Assembly (NCBI GenBank): GCA_041440805.1
Contig: JASDVF010000008.1
Coordinates: 54,466-93,063, forward strand
Source: Myxococcota bacterium
Lineage (GTDB): Bacteria; Myxococcota_A; UBA9160; UBA4427
Reading direction: 5' to 3'
DNA length: 38,598 bases
In this document: positions 19,919-28,869 of the stretch, in pieces
Layout: each line of letters begins with the position of its first letter
Position numbering within the stretch: the stretch's first letter is position 1
Made by a program: the position numbers and the translations under genes
The notes under the pieces: generated by a model
The model's input: the letters and a program-made list of their open reading frames with translations, nothing else
Databases searched by the model: none
What the model was told of the DNA's origin: nothing

Positions 19919-22063
19919 GTGTCTTCAGTCCCGCCTAAGCCCCCGGATGACGATTCGACCAGTACGGTTTCCGAGGAAGCCGTGGCGGCCTCGTCGGAAG
20001 GTATCGAATCTGATTCAAAGACGATCGTTTCCGCAATCCGACCCGCGCGAACCTCTTTGAAAGAACAGGCCGCAGGCTTGCCGTCTACGCCCGGCGTCTA
20101 TCTATTTAAGAATGAGCGCGGAACTGTGCTTTACGTCGGAAAGGCGCAGAGCTTAAAGAGTCGCGTCCGGCAATACGTAAGCGGCGGTGATGGGCGCTAT
20201 CAGATTCCCGCCCTGATCGATCGCGCGGCGGACGTGGAAGTGTTGGTCACGGGAAACGTGAAGGAAGCGCTGCTTCTCGAGAACGAGCTGATCAAGCAGC
20301 ACAAGCCGGCTTTTAACGTTCGCTTGCGAGACGACAAGCAGTATCTCGCGCTTCGTCTCGACGAGAGCGAGGAATGGCCGCGGGTAACTATGGTCCGTCG
20401 CTTCCGGAAGGACGGCGCACAATATTTCGGGCCCTATACATCGAGCGTCGCCCTTAAGTCATCGCTTTCCAAGCTCCGCCGCCTCTTTCCTCTTAGATCC
20501 TGCTCGAAGAGTACGTTCAATGACTATGCGCGGCGTGGGCGGCCGTGTATCGAATTCGAGATGAAGAGATGTCTGGGGCCTTGCGTTGGGCTGACGGACG
20601 AAGCCTCGTATGCCGAGCAAACTCGTGGGACGATTCTCTTTCTGCGCGGTAAGTCGCGGGAGCTCGTTGATAATATTGAGCGAGAAATGCATGAAGCGGC
20701 CGCGGACGAACGGTTCGAGGATGCCGCACGTTTGCGCGACCGAATCCAGGCGGTGGAGCGGACGATCGAGTCGCAGCAGATCGTGACGGAGTCGGATGTT
20801 GATCGCGATGTCTTTGCGCTGGCGCGTGAAGGCGGCGAGGTCGAGGTACAGGTGCTTCACATTCGCGAAGGACGAGTGATAGGCGCTCGTGGGTTTGCCT
20901 TTTCGAATGTCCGGCTCGATGACGGTGATGTGATGGCGTCGTTTCTTGGCCAATTCTATGCCTCGGGTGGAGGACATGCTCCGCCACGGGAGATACTGAC
21001 TTCCGTCGACTTCGATGATGATGGCGCGCTGGCCTCGCTTTGGCGCGAGCGCTTCGATCAGTCCGTCGCGATTCGCTGGGCGCAAAGAGGGGGTGGCAAG
21101 CGTTTGGTGGAGATCGCCGAGCGCAACGCTGCGCTCGGTCTGGCGACGAGACTCGCTGCTCGGGAGAGCGTCGACACAGCGCTCGATGAGTTGGAAGAAC
21201 GCTGTCGTCTAACGGCGCGGCCGCATCGAATTGAGTGCTACGACGTCTCGAATTTGCAGGGCACGTTGGCCGTGGCGAGTCGTGTCTCCTTTGAAAACGG
21301 GGAACCCGTCAAGAAGGAGTATCGCCGCTACAGAATCCGTGAAGCGGAAGCGGGTGACGACTATGGGTGCATGCGCGAGGTGCTGGATCGCCGACTCAAA
21401 CGCGTGAACACGGAGCCTTTGCCGGACCTTTTGATGGTCGATGGGGGGCGGGGGCAAGTTGGCGTCGTGATGGCCGCGCTCGCGGATGCTGCGCTCGATG
21501 TTGAAGTGCTGGGAATTTCGAAAGAGCGTGATGATGATTCGCCGAGCATACGCGTGAAGCGAGGCGGGGGGCTCAAAGCGGAGCGGATCTTTCGGCCGAA
21601 CCGAGCGAACCCAATTATGCTCGCGCCGAGCAGTCGCGGGATGCTGCTCTTGCAGCGCGTTAGGGACGAATCGCATCGCTTCGCCATCGAGTATCAAAGA
21701 GATCTGCGATCGAAGGTCAACATGACGTCGATTCTCGAGGAGCTACCGGGCATCGGGCCTGGGAAGCGTAAGGCTCTGCTCAAGGCACTGGGGTCCTTGC
21801 GTGCGGTTCGGAATGCGACGGTGGATGAGCTTCTTGGAGTGCCGGGTGTCTCTGCGCGAGATGCTGAATCGATTCGTCGATTCTTCGATGCTCTGACCGC
21901 GCCGGAGGTGTTGGCCGAAGCCGACGGGCCGGACGAAATGGAAGGACTGGAGGGAGCCGAAGGACTCGGCGGAATGGAGGAGGCGGCGACCGAGGTTGCC
22001 CCGCAATCCGACGAGGAATCTGCGCGAGAGTTGCCGGACCCTGATGGGAAAGGGTCCGCCTAA
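19919..22063 (+). CDS. uvrC: Excinuclease ABC subunit C
   Basis: GIY-YIG (PGVY...YVGKA), RIECYDVSN, PDLLMVDGG.GQ, RDESHRFA, HhH motifs; acidic N- and C-terminal extensions. Confidence 0.97.
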   Translation: MSSVPPKPPDDDSTSTVSEEAVAASSEGIESDSKTIVSAIRPARTSLKEQAAGLPSTPGVYLFKNERGTVLYVGKAQSLKSRVRQYVSGGDGRYQIPALIDRAADVEVLVTGNVKEALLLENELIKQHKPAFNVRLRDDKQYLALRLDESEEWPRVTMVRRFRKDGAQYFGPYTSSVALKSSLSKLRRLFPLRSCSKSTFNDYARRGRPCIEFEMKRCLGPCVGLTDEASYAEQTRGTILFLRGKSRELVDNIEREMHEAAADERFEDAARLRDRIQAVERTIESQQIVTESDVDRDVFALAREGGEVEVQVLHIREGRVIGARGFAFSNVRLDDGDVMASFLGQFYASGGGHAPPREILTSVDFDDDGALASLWRERFDQSVAIRWAQRGGGKRLVEIAERNAALGLATRLAARESVDTALDELEERCRLTARPHRIECYDVSNLQGTLAVASRVSFENGEPVKKEYRRYRIREAEAGDDYGCMREVLDRRLKRVNTEPLPDLLMVDGGRGQVGVVMAALADAALDVEVLGISKERDDDSPSIRVKRGGGLKAERIFRPNRANPIMLAPSSRGMLLLQRVRDESHRFAIEYQRDLRSKVNMTSILEELPGIGPGKRKALLKALGSLRAVRNATVDELLGVPGVSARDAESIRRFFDALTAPEVLAEADGPDEMEGLEGAEGLGGMEEAATEVAPQSDEESARELPDPDGKGSA

Positions 22064-22407
22064 CACCGCTGTTTGGCGCTCGCAGATGGGCATGGGTGTT
22101 GACGCGTCCCGCACGATGTTAGACGGGTCAAGTGGCTTTCCCGAGTGGGTCGCCAAAGGGTTGGGACTCAGTCCCGATGGTGCGCGCACGGCGTTTCATG
22201 GCACGGCAAACGGTACGATTCAGCAAATGCTCGTCACACTCGACATCGCGGAGCTGGGAACAGCTAAGCAGAAAGAGTGCCGGCCTCGATCGGTAAGACG
22301 ATGACGACCGAATTGTTAGGCCTGTCGTTTTTAATCACTTCCGGTACCGAGTCGATCCCGTCGCCGGGTTCATCACGATTCAATCGAATGGGCTCGTGGA
22401 GGCAGGG

Positions 22408-22617
22408 ATGATTCGCAGCGAGCCGCAGTGGAAGGCGCAATTCGCCGGACTTATATCCCGCAGAAAGAGCGTCGAGGCAGAGATCGACCGCATCAATCCC
22501 AAGGGGTCACGCCGAAAGTCAGAGCTCAATGAGATGCTCGCAGAAGTCGATCGGCAGTGCGGCGTGCTAGAGGACCAAGCGGATCAAGCGCGCGTCCCTA
22601 TGCCGTGGCGAGACTGA
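22408..22617 (+). CDS. Small coiled-coil protein or C-terminal gene remnant
   Basis: GGAGG RBS, helical sequence ending LEDQADQARVPMPWRD. Confidence 0.4.
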   Translation: MIRSEPQWKAQFAGLISRRKSVEAEIDRINPKGSRRKSELNEMLAEVDRQCGVLEDQADQARVPMPWRD

Positions 22618-22864
22618 TTCATTGGGTTTGCAGCCGTTCGTTTCGTACGCATAACGCCGGCAAGTCTCGGCTTTGACCTCCGGTTTGTTGCTGCGTCGGC
22701 GAACTCAATTTTCCTCGTAAGGGAAATTCACTTCCACGCGAACTATGCATGTCCGCTAGGAAGCATCTAGGGGGACGTTCCGGAGAGACGAGCCCTCTGA
22801 CGTAGCAGGCATTTTGGTCTGTTCCCTGCGCATGCATTGCCGATTGTGGAACTCGTCATAGTCG

Positions 22865-22880
22865 TGGCATGGGTCTTGCT
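22865..22880 (+). promoter_or_regulatory. Sigma54-dependent promoter (-24/-12)
   Basis: TGGCATGGGTCTTGCT matches TGGCA(C/T)-N5-TTGC(A/T), 84 nt before the ATG at 22965. Confidence 0.75.
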
Positions 22881-22964
22881 CTTCCTCTTAGTTCATAAGC
22901 AATCACGCGTGGGGTGTGATGTGAGCCGGACCGTCGTGGACCGTATTTAGATGGGCTGAGATCG

Positions 22965-23408
22965 ATGGATTGGAATATTAACTGGGCATTCTGGCGTCGT
23001 CGCGATACATCGGGCGAGGTGCGTATGCTTAACGGGAGTGCGAACCAAAATTCGGATCTGCCGGCGGAGCCCCGGCGGATTGAAGACTGGCAAGCCCGGC
23101 TCGTGGACGAAGGTGTTTCCGAAGAATGGGCGCCTCGCCTAGCGAAGCGTCTTGAGCATTTGCATAGGGAACTCGGAGGCGGATCGGCTGAAGCCCTGAT
23201 TCGAGCCACCGTTACGAGTATCGACGTTCAGGCGGACGCGCACGCCCTTGTAGAGCGGAACATGCGGGATGTACGCGAAGTAGAGCGGTTGCTCGGCGCG
23301 TTCAGCGGAGAGCTCGAGAAGCTTGATGAAGTGCTCGAGGTGCTCGCCGCTTACGCACAGCGCATGCGAACCAAGCCCGACCGCCGACCGCCCCATACGC
23401 TTCACTGA
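22965..23408 (+). CDS. Hypothetical alpha-helical/coiled-coil protein
   Basis: 147-aa ORF with heptad-like C-terminal half; lies downstream of the sigma54 promoter. Confidence 0.65.
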   Translation: MDWNINWAFWRRRDTSGEVRMLNGSANQNSDLPAEPRRIEDWQARLVDEGVSEEWAPRLAKRLEHLHRELGGGSAEALIRATVTSIDVQADAHALVERNMRDVREVERLLGAFSGELEKLDEVLEVLAAYAQRMRTKPDRRPPHTLH

Positions 23409-23669
23409 GCATCATCGCCTGAAGCCGCGTTCGCCCATGAAGAGCGTTCCAGCGATCGGTCGTCTTCTCGAGCTCCTGGCTAGCGTGTGACGATTCGTAC
23501 TCACCTCGGCGTGCACGGGGAGTCGCTGGCAGATCCTGCGCTAAAAGTCCGGCACGATGCTGTCCTCTTCGAGAGGAGCGGTTCCCGGCTCGAGGCGGAT
23601 GCGACCGTTTCACGAAGATTCGGTCTTTGTGATTCACTGCGTGAGCGGTGGGGCTAAGCGGAATAGGCA

Positions 23670-26600
23670 GTGGCTGAGGTAGGGAACCGCACGCGAGGAG
23701 CCGGGGGCGTCCCGCTTCGGAGTGCACGACTTCCTACCCGTCTTCCTTGGGCGTCGGCGTTCCTCCCCTTTGTTCTTGTGGGGGCGTGCGGACTCGGACT
23801 CCTTGTTGCCGACCGGCTCGCAGCGACGGGCACGACCCCGCCGGAGCTTTTGTCGTTGTTAGGGGCTAAGACAGAGCTCGGACTATCCATGCCCGCATCG
23901 CGCATCTCGTTTTTCGCGCCCCTCGCTCCCCTCGCGCTGCTAGCAGGCGTCATTCTTCTAGGAACATTCGCGCCGCTTCGTTGCCGACTCCCCATGAATG
24001 CATGCGCGGTGCGCCGAATGTTGGAAGGCTTAAGGACGGGGCGGAGCCAGGGCCGTCGTCCCTCCCGTCGGTTGATGATGACGTTTGCCGTGCTTGCGGT
24101 CTTCTTGCTTTCATCGGCGCGGCTTATGGTTCGGTTTGAGCATGCAACGCGTGATACCGACATTGCTTGGGCGGCCGCTGAGAGCGGTCCCGGCGGTGTG
24201 CGAATCGTGGATGCTCTGGTTGCGCGAAGAACGGAGCGGCCATGGGGTGACGAGGTCATCTTGGCGCAGGTACGGGCGGCGGACGGTCTGGGCGGAGTGC
24301 CTAGAAACTTACTGCTGCGTATGGATTCGGGGCGAGAATCCCCAAGTCAGTCACAGCGAGACTTTGACCGCGCCGACTTCCTACTGCGGCCCGGACTGCA
24401 AGTTCGACTTGGACTTCGAGTCGCTCCGTGGCTCGCCGCCCGCAATCCAGGTCGCGCGGATTCAGCGCACGCGGCAGGTCGCCGCGGGATTGGTGCGGTC
24501 GCTCGCCTCGTAGGGCCGGGGTGGATGGTTGAACGTGTCCGAGAGGATGCGCTGTGGGGTGAATCCTTTTTCCGACGCACCTCACAGTACAGGATCGACG
24601 TTAGGCGTACGGTGGTCGATCGGTTTGCGCGGGTTTCTAACCAGATCGGTCTCGCTGCAGCGCTCGCTGTCGGTGACCGCTCGCATCTATCGGACGAGAC
24701 GCGAACGTCTCTTCGCAGCATGGGACTTTCTCATCTGATCGCGATATCGGGGCTGCACGTAGGACTCGTCGGCGGGTTCGCCGTATTCTTGGCGAGGCGG
24801 CTTTGGGCAATAGCCCCGGGACGCCACGGGTACCTTCCACTTCGGAACCGAACGAGAATTTCGAGTCAGGAGCCAAGACTCGATCCGTTCTCTGGACCGC
24901 TGGCGTGCGGGGCGGCTGCTGCAGCTAGCTACGCTTGGCTTTCCGGTGCTGCCCCTGCAGTGCAGCGCGCCGCGCTTCTCTTCTTGTTGCTGGTCCTTGC
25001 TCGGGCAGTAGGCCGCCAATTTTCGGCCGCTGCCGGCTTGGCTTGGGTGGCGCTCGGGCTCATAGTGATCGAGCCGACAGTGTTTTTTGATGTGGGTGCC
25101 CAGCTTTCATTTGCGGCCTGCGCTGGTCTCGTCTTCGCCGGCTGGGGCGTCTCGAGTCAAGAACCAAGAACGAACGGATTCGGTGAGCGAATGGAGGCTT
25201 CTCTTCGTCTTTCAGCGGCCGCCTCCTTTGCGACCGCCCCGTTCATAGCGGGCATGGGCGGAGTCTTGTCGGTTTGGGGCCCAGCCATCAACTTGATTGC
25301 GATTCCCTGGACTGCGTTTGTGGTGCTGCCGGCTTCGTTCGCGGCTGCTTTGATGGCCGTCGGGCTCGACGGGACCGAAGCGGATGCCGTGATCGGATTT
25401 CTCCTGCTTCCCGCTGCGTTAAGCGAAGCTGCCGCTGGCAGCGTGGCGCCTCGGCTTCCCTCCATAGATCTACCGATAGCATTAGGCGCGAATGCGGTTG
25501 GGCTGATTGTCATTCTCGGACTCTGGCAGGTGCGCCGGAAGCGCACCGGTGCGGTCTATCTAATTTGGGTGGTCCTTGCAGGGGCGACGCTCACGGCGGG
25601 TCTCGTTAGTCCCAGGGGAATCGAGCCTCTCTATGTGCCGCGGGTGGTTTTTCTTGATGTGGGGCAGGGCGATGCGGCATTGATCCAGGGCCATCGCGCG
25701 AACGTTCTGATTGATACGGGTGGCGGAGTGCCGGGGCGCCCGAACGGAGCGACCGTGGTTCGTTCACTCCGAGCCCTCGGTGTTTCGGAGCTCGACTTGT
25801 TGGTCGTAACGCACGGGGACTACGACCATAGAGGAGGGGCGACCGCGGTCCTACGAAGTTTCAAAGTGAACGAGCTTTGGTTGCCCGCCGGGGCCCAGGC
25901 AGATCCACCTTTGCGAGATTTGGCTGAAGAGGCGAGGGCACTTGGCACTCGCGTGGCATGGATTGATGCAGCGCCTGCGCCCGTCGAGATCGGTGACCTG
26001 TCGATCAAAGTCCTTTGGCCCGCCCCGACTGAGGCGCTCGTCAGGATGGATCCGTCAGCAGGTCGATCCGTGGCTGCTGCAAAGAACCGACGCGTTTCCT
26101 CGAAGCGACTCAATCGCAACGACGGGTCATTGGTGCTGCGAATTCGCTTGGATGGATTGACCTATTTGTTTACAGCGGATGTAGGACGGGAGGTGGAGCA
26201 TGCCTTGATGCGTCAATTTGGCGGGGATCGCATTCTCGAATCCGATGTTCTCAAAGTGGGTCACCACGGGAGTGCATTAAGCTCGTCTCTCGAATTCCTA
26301 GCAGCGGTTTCGCCACAGCTGGCGATTGTCACTGCGCCGTGCCGGGCGACGCGTGGGCTTCCGCATGCGGAGGTTCTCGGACGCGTCGTTTCGGAAGGGG
26401 CGGAACTCGCGTGGACGGGACGCGACGGCGCGATTTTCGTGTCGAGAGGGAAAGGCGGAAGCGCCGCGTGGTTAGGCTGGGGGCATCCGCGCCCGTGTGC
26501 TGGGCCTCACCTAACGTCCGACGAAGCGCGGCGCTCGTTTCTCGACGAAGGCGCGCTGAGCTTCTCTGGCATCTTCCGTCTTACGAAGGGGGCGTCCGAA

Positions 26601-27089
26601 TGCTTCTTGTTGGGAATAAGCGTTCTCAAGATCCATTCCGTCCAGTGCGCGAATTCCGGCGAGGGTGGCCTGTACCGCGAGGGGCGCGTTCGCCGCAATT
26701 TGGTCGGCGGTTTCGAAGGCGCGAGGCATCAGCTCCTCTTGCGAGACGATTTCATTCAAGAGTCCAATCGCGAGTGCCTTTTCGGCATCGATCGGCTGCG
26801 CGGTATAAAGGAGATGGGCGGCATGAACGGAAGCAATTTGTCGGGGCAGCGCGATCGTCGCTTGTCCCGTGGGGTAGAGCCCGAGCGCAACTTCTTCGAG
26901 GGCGAAGGTCGCGTGCGGGACCGAGTAGCGAATCTCGCTCGCCAGCATCAAATCGAAGCCACCCGCGCGAGCATGACCGTTCACGGCGGCAATCAGGGGC
27001 ACGCGCAGCCGGGTCTTCACGAGAGTGGCGTGACCGACCGCGCGCATTCCTTCAAAGTCGACCGGGTCGATCTTTTCTCCCCTGGCTAG
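23670..27089 (+). CDS. comEC: DNA uptake protein ComEC/Rec2 (start uncertain, possibly further downstream; recognisable homology ends near 26500)
   Basis: Competence domain GLSHLIAISGLHV and GAQLSF; metallo-beta-lactamase domain FLDVGQGDA, THGDYDH, NDGSLV, KVGHHGS. Confidence 0.85.
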   Translation: MAEVGNRTRGAGGVPLRSARLPTRLPWASAFLPFVLVGACGLGLLVADRLAATGTTPPELLSLLGAKTELGLSMPASRISFFAPLAPLALLAGVILLGTFAPLRCRLPMNACAVRRMLEGLRTGRSQGRRPSRRLMMTFAVLAVFLLSSARLMVRFEHATRDTDIAWAAAESGPGGVRIVDALVARRTERPWGDEVILAQVRAADGLGGVPRNLLLRMDSGRESPSQSQRDFDRADFLLRPGLQVRLGLRVAPWLAARNPGRADSAHAAGRRGIGAVARLVGPGWMVERVREDALWGESFFRRTSQYRIDVRRTVVDRFARVSNQIGLAAALAVGDRSHLSDETRTSLRSMGLSHLIAISGLHVGLVGGFAVFLARRLWAIAPGRHGYLPLRNRTRISSQEPRLDPFSGPLACGAAAAASYAWLSGAAPAVQRAALLFLLLVLARAVGRQFSAAAGLAWVALGLIVIEPTVFFDVGAQLSFAACAGLVFAGWGVSSQEPRTNGFGERMEASLRLSAAASFATAPFIAGMGGVLSVWGPAINLIAIPWTAFVVLPASFAAALMAVGLDGTEADAVIGFLLLPAALSEAAAGSVAPRLPSIDLPIALGANAVGLIVILGLWQVRRKRTGAVYLIWVVLAGATLTAGLVSPRGIEPLYVPRVVFLDVGQGDAALIQGHRANVLIDTGGGVPGRPNGATVVRSLRALGVSELDLLVVTHGDYDHRGGATAVLRSFKVNELWLPAGAQADPPLRDLAEEARALGTRVAWIDAAPAPVEIGDLSIKVLWPAPTEALVRMDPSAGRSVAAAKNRRVSSKRLNRNDGSLVLRIRLDGLTYLFTADVGREVEHALMRQFGGDRILESDVLKVGHHGSALSSSLEFLAAVSPQLAIVTAPCRATRGLPHAEVLGRVVSEGAELAWTGRDGAIFVSRGKGGSAAWLGWGHPRPCAGPHLTSDEARRSFLDEGALSFSGIFRLTKGASECFLLGISVLKIHSVQCANSGEGGLYREGRVRRNLVGGFEGARHQLLLRDDFIQESNRECLFGIDRLRGIKEMGGMNGSNLSGQRDRRLSRGVEPERNFFEGEGRVRDRVANLARQHQIEATRASMTVHGGNQGHAQPGLHESGVTDRAHSFKVDRVDLFSPG

Positions 27090-27320
27090 CGCTTGGGAAA
27101 CGGGAATGGTTTTTTTCATATCCATTCCCCCGCTGAATACGCGATCTCCGGCGCCAGTGAGTATTGCTACGCGAATCTCAGCGTCTTCGTTGATCTGTTT
27201 CCAGGCGGCGGCGAGGTCGCGCAGGGTTTCGGGATCGAATGAGTTCGCTTGCTCCGGTCGATCCATTGTCACGAGGGCCACATGAGGATGCTCTGAGGGA
27301 ACTTCGAATCGTGCGGGCAA
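26511..27320 (-). CDS. Enoyl-CoA hydratase/isomerase (crotonase family)
   Basis: VTMDRPEQANS, FSGGMD, IAAVNGHARAGG, EEVALGLYP, AFVEKRAPRF; TTG start after AGGAG. Confidence 0.92.
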   Translation of the reverse strand: MPARFEVPSEHPHVALVTMDRPEQANSFDPETLRDLAAAWKQINEDAEIRVAILTGAGDRVFSGGMDMKKTIPVSQALARGEKIDPVDFEGMRAVGHATLVKTRLRVPLIAAVNGHARAGGFDLMLASEIRYSVPHATFALEEVALGLYPTGQATIALPRQIASVHAAHLLYTAQPIDAEKALAIGLLNEIVSQEELMPRAFETADQIAANAPLAVQATLAGIRALDGMDLENAYSQQEAFGRPLRKTEDAREAQRAFVEKRAPRFVGR

Positions 27321-27576
27321 TTGAGTCTCCTGCTGGGTGCTATGTGGGCGGGGATTGGGCGCGGCGAATTGTTTGAGAGTTGGGATGGGGGCGCTAACGA
27401 GTAGGCGAGGGCAGTCGAAGTTGCGAGCGACGCGGTCATTTGATCTGTGAGCAGCGATCTGTGCGAAGCTGGCCCCGAATCCTGAATGATTCAGTTTGAT
27501 GAGTCGCGAAAATGAAAATTCTCAATCGTAATAGCGCGAGGCTCGACGAGAACCTCGAAATGGAAGTCGAGAACGG

Positions 27577-28218
27577 ATGACGGAAAGCGAAAACGCAATC
27601 GAAGAGCCGGGATCTCCGGAGCCTGCGCGCGTGCAAAAATTGGCGGCGGCTTTCCCACGGATTCTGATCGCGGGGGAGTTGGCGCTTCCAATCGCGCGAG
27701 ATTGGATTGAGCGGCTCGACCGATCCGTTGAATCCGGCGGTCCTAAGCTTCCCGTATATCCCTTCACTGACCAGATTCGGCAGGGTCTCTTCGAGGCTCG
27801 GCGCGCCCGCCGTTTGGTGCGTGGATTCGAGGGAGCTGAGAAAGCGCTTGCCAGCCAAGAGGTTGGTCTGTCCAAGGCTGCAGCGACGCGGCCTGAGGGC
27901 GAAGGCTTCCGCATCTCGCGACTGCTGCTTGTGAGCACGGATGGTTCGGAGCGGTTCTACCGCCAGGTCGAACAGCTCAAGGCCCGATTCTCGAGTCGAT
28001 TGGAGGCATTGATGATCGACGCGGATGAAGGCGCACTCGGAGAGGCCGCCTTCGGGAGTGGCCACACGGCGCGAGCGCTGTTGCTTGACCACAAGGAAGT
28101 CGTGGTTGACTGTCTTGCGGCGCTCGACATATCGCAGGTCTCGGCTCTTGAGACGGATTCAGCCCCCGATGAGCTGGATCCAGAGCAGGGCGATGAGGCA
28201 GCAACCGAGGATCGTTGA
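27577..28218 (+). CDS. Hypothetical protein with a probable divergent L7Ae/L30e/YlxQ-like RNA-binding fold
   Basis: ARRARRLVRGFEGAEKAL ... RLLLVSTDGSE ... ALGEAAFG ... ARALLL follows the L7Ae motif order. Confidence 0.55.
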   Translation: MTESENAIEEPGSPEPARVQKLAAAFPRILIAGELALPIARDWIERLDRSVESGGPKLPVYPFTDQIRQGLFEARRARRLVRGFEGAEKALASQEVGLSKAAATRPEGEGFRISRLLLVSTDGSERFYRQVEQLKARFSSRLEALMIDADEGALGEAAFGSGHTARALLLDHKEVVVDCLAALDISQVSALETDSAPDELDPEQGDEAATEDR

Positions 28219-28432
28219 TCCTCGCACGGCATTGCTGTTCGAACGCTTTTGCTTTTAGCTGTGAAGCAAATTGCGAGGTTGGTTTTACAGCCTGGGCCGA
28301 GTATTTCAGAGTGAAACGAAAAGCTCGGTAAATCTTGTAAATATCTGTATTTACTCGTTTTGTTCCACGGGGAACGCGCACTTTTGGCGTCCTGAGTCGC
28401 CGGGTTTTCCGCTATTTGGACGCGCTTCGCCG

Positions 28433-28688
28433 CTACTGGCCTTGTGCTCCAGTGCGGTCCTCGAGGGCGCTGTACCCGGCCTTTTCGAGGATTCGCTGAA
28501 CGAGCCTTCGGACCGGAGCGGAGTCTTCCACCAGCAGGATCGTCTCGTGCCCCCGCGCGCGACCGCTTCGTTTTATCGACGGCATCGCTGACGAATAGAA
28601 TGCAACCATCGGGCGCGAGCTCAATGACGACTTCGGCGGCGTGTCGAAGCAAATCATCGAGACGATTGGCATCACGGCCGCGAACCAT
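28433..28688 (-). pseudogene. Remnant of a PAS-domain hybrid sensor kinase
   Basis: RBS and ATG at 28688 start a PAS fragment (AAEVVIELAPDGCILFVSDAV); another frame gives a receiver fragment (GHETILLVEDSAPVRRLVQRILEKAGY) with an early stop. Confidence 0.7.
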
Positions 28689-28869
28689 TTTCCCTCAGCC
28701 GACGCGAGGCTTATCCGTCGCGTGCTGGGGACTAGCAGCGGAGGCCGCCTCGGGTGCACTGTCTGGGCAACCCTATCCCCGTATGAAACGGAAAACTACA
28801 AGAATTCAGATTTCTGGCGCGTTCTGGCGCGATTCGCCTAAGGGCTTTTGCGGATTGGAATACCGGCGC

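Noticed and set aside
22134-22225. tRNA-like string (TTCCCGAGTGG...CCAAAGGG, hairpin with TCA at loop centre, GTACGATTC)
   Set aside because: No acceptor or T stem pairing, non-canonical anticodon loop (AC-TCA-GT), no CCA; judged coincidental. tRNAscan-SE would settle it.
22199-22290. TGGCACG as a sigma54 site, or GGCAAAC as a c-di-GMP-I riboswitch start
   Set aside because: The -12 position reads GG rather than GC, and the GAAA tetraloop and GCAAAGC elements are absent
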